This document shows positions 37,576 to 48,087 of a stretch of 64,000 bases of DNA, in pieces. Where the stretch lies: contig NEEC01000021.1 in the NCBI GenBank assembly GCA_002189035.1, positions 1,488,001-1,552,000 on the forward strand, in the 5' to 3' direction. Source of the DNA: Utricularia gibba (Eukaryota; Plantae; Magnoliophyta). A model generated the notes under the pieces. The model worked only from the letters and a program-made list of their open reading frames with translations, was not told the DNA's origin and ran no database searches. The translations under genes were made by a program, and so were the position numbers. Within the stretch, counting starts at the first letter, position 1. Every line of letters begins with the position of its first letter.

Positions 37576-38026
37576 GTGGGGCCCCACGCCGGGACCGACA
37601 CGCGGACGCGGGCAGCACCCACCACCTATACCGTATCCCTATTCCCTATTGGCTGAGAGTGGGAGTACTGGGGTGTCCTTCTACCCCCTGCGGGCCCCAG
37701 CCTCGGCCTCCTATTCCAAACAAAAACCTTTTTATTTTATTTTATTTTATTTTTTTACTGCTCTTCTCCCGGCCGCGGTTATAAATATATGGGGCCCACC
37801 ACCGCACTTGAGCGACTCTTCCCCCCATCCGCATTAAAAGGTCGTGGGCCCCACTCTTCGCCCCCACCTCCCACGTGGAATCTGAAAAAGGTTGAATTAA
37901 AAAAAGGAAAAAATGATCAATTAATAGTTTGAATATATTAATGCAAATATAATATTAAACAAACTACAGTTTAATATGATTTTTCTGGTGTTAAAAGGGA
38001 AAAAATTATTAAATTGTGGTGGGCCC
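37576..38026. promoter_or_regulatory. Cluster of class I TCP binding sites (GTGGGNCC / GGNCCCAC) upstream of the TCP gene
   Basis: gtggggccccac 37576-37587 (palindromic double site), gggcccac 37792-37799, gtgggccccac 37844-37854, gtgggccc 38019-38026. Confidence 0.6.
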
Positions 38027-38205
38027 GGGTTAATGGCCAATGACGTAAATAGACCGCCTAACGGCCGTTAGATTTCCTGAGGGGAAAAAGGGGTATTTTT
38101 TGATTTTAATACTATTTATATATACATGATACATGCCATCTATCTGCGCTTCTTCTTCTTCAACAGGAGGCAGAGCTTCGGAGATTTTCCATTTTGGCGG
38201 CTTCC

Positions 38206-39227
38206 ATGGCGTCCGGCAAGGAGTTGGGTACGGATCTTAGTGTGGGCAGCAACAGGGATATCAGGAATCATGAGTCTTATCCACGGCCGTCGTTAATGGC
38301 TGCGCTGGCGCCAGGGGTGTCGTTGAAGGAAGAGAAGCAGGATAGTGGGGAGGAGGATAAAGAAGCACGGCCGCCGCCGCCGACGCAGGTGACGAAAAGG
38401 TCGTCGACGAAGGACCGGCATACGAAGGTCGAGGGGCGTGGTCGGAGGATACGAATGCCGGCGACCTGTGCGGCGAGAGTTTTTCAGTTGACGCGAGAGT
38501 TGGGTCACAAATCCGATGGTGAAACGATCAGATGGTTGCTGGAACAGGCGGAGCCGGCGATAATCGCCGCCACGGGCACCGGGACTGTGCCGGCGATTGC
38601 TATGTCGGTGAACGGGACTCTAAAGGTTCCGACTAGCGCCACCAACTCCGGCGCCGGTGAAGATTTGGGGGATCGTAAACGTAGACGGCCCTCTGGAGTT
38701 GAATTCATTGATGTGAACTCCGCCGCACCCCCAGCGTCGAATTCCCCTGCGACATCTGGTAATAATTTATCCCTTGTGAATTCTAACACCTCCGCCATTA
38801 CTTCCACCACCGCCTCCTCCATTTCTTCCCCATTAATGCCGGTGATTCCACTCACCCCGATGTGGGCAATTCCAACACTGGCATCGAATTCGAACTCATC
38901 ATCCCCAACCTTCCTGATCATCCCACCGAATCAAACAACCCAGGTAGTTACAATTCAGCCCGGCTCCGCCGTGAATGTAACCCCCGTGGTGAACATCTCC
39001 ACCCCCGGCAGGCCAATTTCAGCCTTCGTCGCCACCATGCCACCCGTCACCGGAGGCAGCGTCACCCTCGCTCAACCCATCACTCAAATCAACCTCCAGA
39101 GCACTCCAACCCCCTGTTTCCCAAGTTCCAGTAGAGACAATCTCGCGGCCGGCAGCAGAACTCAGAAATTCAGGACATCACCTTGGAAGTACATGACAAA
39201 CCCAAACTCGCCTTCCATCCTCACTGA
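38206..39227 (+). CDS. TCP9: Class I TCP transcription factor, TCP9/TCP19-like, intronless, with an apparent frameshift at ~39173
   Basis: TCP domain [44 protein letters not shown]. One extra G at 39173-39174 gives [22 protein letters not shown], matching the RDFSLEIYDK-type tail of this clade. Confidence 0.92.
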
Positions 39228-40524
39228 TCAAGGCAGGCCACAAGAGACGCCGCTGAGGAGAAAAGAAAGTCGCCGGCGGGGGCATTTACGGAAGGGAAAA
39301 AAGGGGTGGGTGGGGGGCCCGGGTAAATGCTGTCGGGGAAGGGCCGGGCCCACATGTGGGTGGAGCAATGGTGTTGTTTTTAGGTTAGGTGGCCCCTCCG
39401 GCGACTTTCCTGGTAGGCCGGGAAGGTGGTCCCCGGAGAAACTGCTTTCATTTCGAAGGAAAGGCGGGGGACCCCCGTGAAGTTGCCGCTTGTCGGGCTC
39501 CGTCGCCGTGCCGTGCCCACTCCACTGCTGATCCGAGATGGCCCTGGCCCCACCTTCAACAACTCTTTCCTCTCATCTCACCGCCCGGCTGCGCCTGCCT
39601 GAACACCAAGACACAGATGACCGGTAACCCATCCCTGTCCTAATTCCACAGTTCATCTGAACACCCACCAGCAGTTTCAGTTTCAGCTTCAGCTTCAGCT
39701 TCAGCTTCCTCCTCCTCCCCGCAGGGAAGCCTGAGGTACTTCACTTCACCGGAACTATGCTCTGCGAGTGGATGGGGCAGAGGCAGAGGCAGAGGGGTTT
39801 GGGGTAGGCGGGGACCGGCGGTAGGTGGGCGCGGCGCAGTACGAAACGTGGGCGCCCCGGGGCCTCTCCCCTTCTCGCCCAGTTCGGTATCTCATCAATC
39901 AGCTCCGGTCGTAGGTTCCCTCCCGTACAATTTTAATGTGTCTACTATATCTCTACTCATCCAAATCAACACAACACTACATGGATTACCTTTCTTCAAC
40001 ATTTTCCATGATCACTACCTAATTTTACCTCCAAAAAGTTTAATTTATCTGTTTCGAACATTCAATCTTCATAATTTTTACGTTTTCCCCAACTTTGATA
40101 AGAAAATTCCCACATGATCACCCATCTTGAAATTATCCCAGATTAAACACGTTTAATTTTAGAGTTACTATTAAGAATTTTTCATCGTACTCGAAAAAAT
40201 CGTATAAGGTGATTCGCAAGCATTCCTTCGGGTGGGCCTTACATATCTCGATCAACTAATAGGTTTTATTATTAAAGATGAACAACTTGTGTTCTAAATG
40301 ATTAGAAATATTTCTTATTTACAAGAATCGTTTTTGGAAAAATTATACGTAGTATTTGGATTTGGTAGTTGAATTATGTTATGGGGCTTTGGAATGGTGG
40401 GCTCCACTTGATGAGTGTGACTTTAAATTTTGTTGGATTTAAATAATTAAAAGTCAAAAAAAGCTGAATAAGTGCGAGTTGAAATGTTCCAAATTATCAA
40501 CTACGAGTACGACTGCCGGGAAAT

Positions 40525-42323
40525 TCAAAGAGTCCACCCTTGTAGGAAGTTTCCATCAGCGCCGCCGCCGCCGATGCTCGCCGGAGCAGATGGCCCTTCC
40601 CCATTGTCGTACTGATTGTGATCATACCTTCATGAAAACAGAAAATGAATAAAGACTTTCATTTCCATGTGATTTTCGACATTCTTCAAGCAGCAGAAAT
40701 TCCGTGTATCCCTCACCCTATTTGTAGCAACGGCTCCCGTGGATTTGGCGGCGGAGCGAGTAGAGAAAAACCAGAGGTTGCAGCCGGTTCGCCGGAGCTC
40801 CACGGGCACGGTAGACATCTGAGGGCATGCCCCTCTGCTTCAAGCTGCTTAGAGACTTAATGCATCAGTGATTTTGATAGTTGAAATTAAAACACGGATT
40901 TTCGCTTTTGACTGAATGGAGTATGTTCACCGTTGACAGTTCAAGGGATACTCTGATTTTGAGCTGCTTGTTCATGTCACCGAGCTGGCGTTCCTTCACA
41001 AGAAGGAAACACTAAATTTTCATCACTTGAATGCTACCATTTTCATGTCACCATTACCTTTCTTCGAAGCTCTTCCATCTGCTCCGTCATGATCTGAGTC
41101 TGTAGTCGGACATATGAGTCAGGAAAAGAACAGATTTTATGTAAGAAAAGCATTCCATTAATGCCCTGGTTACAATGGAGCATGGTGTAGCAGCAGTACC
41201 TTTCTTTGGCGAGCTTGAGCTAGCGAACCTTCCAGTTGCTTCTCAAGATTATGCAGCTCTTTGATGCTCAAAGGGCCAAGATCCTCTCCCAGCAAATGCC
41301 TGTAGTGAATTAGTTAGCAAGAATGGAGAAAAAATTTTCTCTGATCTTCGATGCAAAGAGCAATGGTGTGGGGGGTTGCCTTTGTGCTCTTTGTAGTGAT
41401 TCATACTTCGCTCTCAGTTTGGAAACTTCTTGGTACCAACTCTGAGGTCAAGAGATGCGTCATTTTGTGCTGTGTTATATACATTTGTGTTAAGGAATTT
41501 TCTTGGGAATCAAAACCTGTGTTTCATTGGGAGCAACTGACTCAGAAGGATTGAAGCTGCATCTCTGGTAGCGTTCTAGTGTTTGCACTATGCTGCAGGA
41601 ACAACACAGCTTTCACTTTTATTATCAAATGATCATAATCGATTGGAATGGCCTTTATCAGACTGTAAAAACCACCAAATGGTGCACCAGGTCCCAAATA
41701 AGAAGATCAGGTTGTTGTATGGAAGATGAAGATGGAGAAGAACCCACAAAGAGATTGGCAGCTTCACAAATATGGAGTAGCAACAGATGCTTTGCAGTTT
41801 CCACAGTAGCAAGAAGTGGTAAATGACAACTTAAGTTTTGAATCAAGATTCGAACTTTACAGGAACCAGTAGAGATAACCAACTTTTTTGAATCTAGATG
41901 CAAAATTTACAGGAACCTGTAGACATAATCCACTTTTTCTATGTTTTCTAGATTCTCGGAAAAACCAACAGATAGATCGGAGACCAGAAGACAAAAAAGC
42001 TGCATTCTTATGGGCACTAGACAAAAACCCTAGGAAAAACTTCATAACCCTGAATACAAAAAGGTGATCAGAAAAACGTGTCGATATCCTATTGGGTAAT
42101 GATGATCCGAAAAAGGCTCCTTGATCTTGTGAACAACATACCTCGTGCTTCCAAATTCATAAAGCTTTCCTCTGCTGGAGAAGATGATGAGAGCAACTTC
42201 AGCGTCACAAAGAACAGAAAGCTCATAAGCCTTCTTGAGCAGCCCATTTCTTCTCTTGGAGAAGGTGACTTGTCTGTTGATCTTGTTTTCGATTCTCTTC
42301 AGCTCAACTCTTCCTCTACCCAT
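40525..42323 (-). CDS. AGL6: MIKC MADS-box transcription factor AGL6; 8 exons
   Basis: MADS exon 42142-42323 ends GKLYEFGS. Later exons: [36 protein letters not shown] (62 nt), [15 protein letters not shown] (100 nt), two 42-nt exons, EPLLQIGY (AGL6 motif I) and GNFLQGWTL* (AGL6 motif II). Confidence 0.96.
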
Positions 42324-43789
42324 CAGCTCTCTCTTTCTCTCTCTCCCTCTCTCGCTCTCTGTGGGTGTTTGTGTACACTATGGTCCTTATGTAAGGAGAT
42401 GAACAGATGGGAATCGTCGAAATTCTTTGTTTCCCATTATGTGTCTGCTGATATATTGCTTCACGGTTCTTCTTCCTGGTACAAAATGGAAATCCCAGAA
42501 GCCTTTATGATTCGTCTTGATTAAAATAATTACAACCTTTTTCAAAACATAGTACTGAATTTTGGGTAACTTGGAATGCTACTAGTCAACAGAAGCCACT
42601 GCTCCTGCAGTGAGCCGATGACTATTGCAAACCCGGCTTCATACCACAAACGAATGAGTTGAATTCAACTCACCATCTTGCAGCTATTACAAAGCGGACC
42701 TCACCTTCCATTGTGGGTTGTAGTTCTCAACAATTTAAAGTAGCAGACAACAGCAGAGAATGGAATGCATTTTATGTGTAGTTTCAAAACTTGCATCAGA
42801 TAGCAGTTATTTTACCTTTATATGTTATGCAAAATGACCAAAAGAAACTTTACCCCATCAAGGCAAAAGGTAATTCTTCGAGGAGGACCATAGAAACTCT
42901 TATCTGCCGCTCAGTGTGTGGTACCACAAGCAGCTCCAAATAGAAAACAAAACAACCTCCAGCCCTAGAAATGCTTAGGGCCATAACTTTCGACCTAAAC
43001 ACTCAACAAGAAGAATTTCATTAATGTCTGTCAGCATTATCCCCCCACATGGTTCTCAGTTTCAGATCCAAAAATAACCATCACATTGAAAAATGAAACT
43101 AGTTAGTAGTAAGTATGTTAGTCTACACTTTGCTTCGTTTATTGATTTAGGTTTTTCTCATCAGATCATGAAGTTTTGCACAGTTCGAATTCCCTTGCAG
43201 TGTAGATGACATTATTGGTGTGCATGTGGTAGAGTGGCGTGGTGGTTGAAGGCGATCTCCATAAGGAAAAGAAATGAAGTGTGTGTGTGGGCAATGTAAT
43301 TGCTCGTAGCCTATTTATGGGGAAGCTCTCTTTGTCAAGGCTCTTCCAACTGGAAAAGAATGGAGTCCTTGGTTGCCAACATGTACTCTCGTGACTGTTG
43401 CTGGGGGACCATCAATTATTGCATTTTTATTTATTTTACCACAACAGTCAATGCTCTCTTGTCTGCTTTCTTACAATTCTGCTGCACTCTCATGGCTCTT
43501 TTGAAATAATGCCTCAGACGGCTTCATTATTGAGTGGTGTAATTGTGGTGCTTGAAAAGTGAGTGCTGGGGATGCCAATGCATCTCATGCACCATTTCAT
43601 GAGATTCTGCAGATGATGCTGGTTTAGTCCTCGCTCATGGAGAAGAAGGGAGAGGCTGAAGGTGTCATGAACCACAGAAAACATTTGTAATAACTGAAGC
43701 ACCATTTCATGCATCAGAAAGTGGCATGCACTCAGACTGGAGTGTAGAATCAGACAAGGTTCTAGGCATGAGCTATCTATATCACTCTT

Positions 43790-46010
43790 GCAAGGCTACT
43801 TGGCTCAAACAGGGTGAGGCAAGGACTAAGATCATGCTGCACGTTCCCAACTCTTCACGCAGCACCCGAACAGAGTGCTTTTTTGCAGCTCATGTTGGGA
43901 TGACCCAAATGGATCCTCGATGAGATCAAGTGGCGGTCATTTCCAGTCCTTTGAGACTACTCGTTGTCATGCTTTCCACCTTTTAAAATGTCTACGATCA
44001 GTGCTTTTCAGAGCACAAAGACCCGACCCTGTTGGTTATCATGGCAATAAGCTCAGTAGTGAAAAACTGCCCACACTAGACGTGAAAGCATTTCCTGATT
44101 CTCAACGCTTCACCAGTAGAATAAGGGCTCTCCATTTCCTGTCAGAAAGGCCAGAGAGAATGCATAGTTAGCAACATCTCCAAGGCAAAGGGAAGAACAT
44201 CGAACCCGAAAAAGAAATGCTGATTCATGAACTACGCACAGTTAAGTCAAGTTAAGTTGTCATGTGACCGCAGACAAGGAAGAATAGGGGCCTTCTCTGT
44301 TGTGACAAATGGATGGACATCAACACATACCTGAAGGAGAAACAAGCACGCGATAATGGAATATAGGCACGCAAAGACCAGAGGCACGAGGAATAATATT
44401 TGAAAGGAAACTCACGCATAGGTTGAAAGTGTGCAACCCGTGATTTGGCCCACTGCTTCATAATGAAGGTAAACTGCCGCAGTCTGTCATCAGTTCGCAT
44501 GCTATCTCTCAGCAGCCTGGGGTTCGCTGGATCCTTGAGCTTGACTGTTGGAACCCTGTTCCTTGAAAATGAAAAAGTGAAAGTATCTAAGCGCGTTTAG
44601 CCAGCAAAAACTTGAAGATCCTATGGATGACGATAATGTGTCATACTGATGAGATTCTGAAATGCTTTATCTGCACGTCCTGAAGAGTGCCAGCCTCAAA
44701 TAATACTGCTAGCTTAAGCAGCACCTTAGTTCCATCAGTGTTCCCAAGTTCCATAGCTAGGCAAACACCAATATCACTTTTCGGAAATCAGAATGAGGTG
44801 GCACATGATCCATCCATAGACATCCAGTCGAGCATCAGGCCACTCTTTTAAACAAGCTCCTCTAATGTTCCAAGCAGTTTATTCTGCTTCATCTCTTCTT
44901 CTTCAGCATGACTTGATGACGCACATACTTCCAAAAAAAGGAGCATCCAACCTATAAATGTCACTTCGGCACCGTATATGGCTCTTCATATGTCTCATCC
45001 TCCGACTCATTATCCACTGTCCTCTCTTGTCGGATCGATAATCCTAAATAAAAAGCAAGTCTGTGAAATCAGAGCACAGAATCTTGGAATCTTCCTTAAC
45101 AAAACTATCCACTTACGTAAATATAAACCACGAAGAAAGGAAGAAGACGCGATCTTCAAACACGCAAGCTAAAAGGGTCATCTCATCACGATGGTGATTC
45201 TCGTTTCAAGCTTTCCCACAGATTCATCTCCAACTTCAAGAACTTCGGCAAATTGACCAGGAAAACCACCATTCAACCCAAATCCTATATTAGCCTCATC
45301 CTGCATACCATTTCTAAATTCTTCACCATTTAAAGCAGTTTAACTGCGTCATCATCATCGAGGAAAATTGTCCCAACCCGCTCCACCTTATTTTGGTTCG
45401 ATGAACCAGGGTATTCTCTCCTTTCCATCCGTCCTATGATTACTTGTACATGAAGATGCTCATCCACTTTCTGACCAGGATTTCGCCGCCAGCAACTTTA
45501 TTCTCTGCTGCCACACTCCTTGAAGTGGTAGAGAATCCAGAAGCAGGCTGCAATACTGCACCATGACTTCCATTAACCTCTGTTTTCTGTCGTTCACAGT
45601 TATCGTATCACCCGCTTGATCGAAAACAATCGCATTAGCTCGACTCTCATTAACACCAACAGTCTTCCCATTGAACCGCGTATCCCCATTCCTGAAATCC
45701 GATCAATAACAACAGCATTATCGATAGTGCTTCCCAAAAGTTCGGGATTCTATCATCCCCAGTATCCCTTTCCAATACATTCCGGTTTAGAAAGACCCAA
45801 AGACTAGACTTTGCTGAACTTCACGACTTACACTCGACCATGGGCTATCACCCGCTAACCTTCCGTTTCTACTAGCGGCGACCAATCAAGCGTGATCATT
45901 AACGTCACCGGATGAGTGGCTAATTTGATCAACTCTCAAGCAGATATCGGGGTTGAAATTAGAACTCCGCTTAAGCTAGTGGCCTGAAACAAGAGGCGTA
46001 GTAGATCTAC
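43790..46010 (-). pseudogene. URT1: Pseudogene of UTP:RNA uridylyltransferase 1 (URT1-type TUTase)
   Basis: Fragments LVFGSF, CRSDIYRLDAPF, KEWPDARL, YG..SCATSF*FPKSDIGVCL, RVPTVKLKDP, RLRQFTFIMKQWAKSR, YVLMSIHLSQQRRP and TGNDRHLI..EDPF..RVLREE, with stops, a 4-nt duplication and in-domain deletions. Limits are approximate. Confidence 0.88.
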
Positions 46011-46792
46011 AACCGTGATTCCACCCTCCGGCGTTAAAGCACCGTGCTTTACTGAGATTCCGGAAGCAACCGTCGCGTTCCCAAAATAAAGAAGGGGCAG
46101 GAGTTTGGGCCTAGGCCCGGCCGTTAATATTTTAATATAAAAAGTCGGTAATCCAATAAAATAATAATAAACTAAACATGAAAAATGATGTAATTCTTGC
46201 ACGGGGAGAAGAGGATTAATTAGGCATAATCGCAATTCCGTATTCGATTACCATTGCATGATTTATCCCCCCCACAAGACGTCATATTCCTTTCCCCTTC
46301 CGTCATCGGTGGGCCCCAATTAAACTGCCTCATTTTTAAAATAAACTAATATTTTTTTGTCATTAATGTTTTTCATATTATCTTCTCAAATATTGTGTAA
46401 AAAAAATGAAAATACTCGCAAGCGTGGCCGACCGTGGAACACTAACCAGCCTTACCCTCCCACGTGCCACAAGTTAACCATGGTTACCACCCTGCGGACC
46501 CCACCCCGGCCCAACTTCCCAAATACGCTTCTAGATTCTTCCATTCCTTGCTAAAGGATAGTCTAAAAAATCCTTTAATTTGAATTTGTTTATAAAATAA
46601 TTATATAACATTATAAAAATTATTCTCTACGGTAAATTTTATTAATATATTATTATTTTTTAAATTTTAGTTATTTCGAAATTTAAAATTTTTTTATAAT
46701 AGGAGGAGGCAATAGCGATGCTGCGACTTCCTTCCCTCTTCCCTTCTGTGCATTTTCTCCCCAAATATCTGTGCACAGATACAATTCCGACA

Positions 46793-48087
46793 ATGGCCGG
46801 CGGCGCCGTCGCACTCTCTCTGGCCGTGCTCGCGATCCTCGCCGCCGTCGCGGTGGCCTCCAACATTACGGAGATCCTGGACGCCCACCCGGAGTACAGC
46901 GACTTCAACAGCCTACTCTCTCAAACAAAACTCGCCGACGAAATCAACAGCCGGGAGCCGGTAACCGTCCTCGCTCTTACCAACGCCCAGCTCTCCTCCA
47001 TTACTGGAAAGTATCCTCTCAGCGTTGTGAAGAACATCCTGGCCCTGCACGTGTTGCTTGACTACTTTGACGCCACTAAGCTCCACAAGATCTCCGAGGG
47101 CTCCGTCCTCTCCACAACCCTCTACCAGACCACCGGGAACGCGGAGGGGAACATTGGATTCGTCAACATTACCGATCTGCGCGGCGGTAAAGTTGGATTT
47201 GGATCTGGCGTACCCGGTTCGCCGTTAGATTCGATGTTCACGAAGTCTGTGCAGCAAGTGCCGTACAACATTTCTGTTCTTGAGGTGAGTAAAGCGATTG
47301 TGCCATCCGCCGTGCTCACGGCGCCGGCGCCGTCGGCTTCTGATGTTAACATCACGGGGTTGTTAGAGAAAGCCGGGTGCAAGACGTTCGCTGCTTTGAT
47401 TGTTTCCACCGGAGTTCTTAAAGTTTACCAGTCCGCCGTAGACAACGGGCTGACCATTTTTGCGCCGAACGATGAAGCATTTAAGGCGGCGGGAGTTCCG
47501 GATCTGGTTAAGCTTTCAAATGCCGATGTGGTTTCGATTCTACAGTATCACGCTCTCGCTAGTTACATCCCTATTGGGACTCTGAAACAGACCAAGGGAA
47601 AAATCAGTACCCTAGCCACCAACGGCGCCGCAAAGTACGATCTCGGCGTTACCACTGCCGGCGACTCCGTAACGCTCGACACCGGCGTGGACACTTCCCG
47701 CGTCGCATCCACTGTTCTGGACACCACACCCCTCTGCATTTACACCGTCGATAATCTCCTCCTTCCGGTGGAGCTTTTCGGTACGGCCCCGTCTCCTGCT
47801 CCTGCCCTCTCCCCCGACTCCTCCCCTTCTCCAGCCCCAACAGCCGAGGCCCCCGCTCCGGAATCGGCATCTGCTCCGTCGACAGAAACTGCCGCCGCGC
47901 CTTCTCCGTTCGCCTCCCGCCGGCGCCTGCAGTGGCTTCTCCAGGTTCCTCGCCGTCAGAAGCCCCGGCCGCTGATTCTCAGAACAGCACCTCGGACCAC
48001 TCCGCCGGCGCGGCGGAAACTCCGTCATTGATGAAGATGGCGATTGCGGTTTCGTTGTCGATGCTGGTCACCGTGGTGTTGTCCTAA
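46793..48087 (+). CDS. FLA8/FLA10: Fasciclin-like arabinogalactan protein, FLA8/FLA10 type (two FAS1 domains, GPI signal), with an apparent frameshift at ~47917
   Basis: Signal peptide, [20 protein letters not shown] and an AP/SP-rich AGP region. One extra C at 47916-47918 restores [14 protein letters not shown]...[16 protein letters not shown] (hydrophobic GPI signal). Confidence 0.95.

Noticed and set aside
47122-48028. Long antisense and alternative-frame ORFs over FLA (also over ARM, TCP and AHL)
   Set aside because: Expected by-products of GC-rich coding sequence with few stop codons on the opposite strand.
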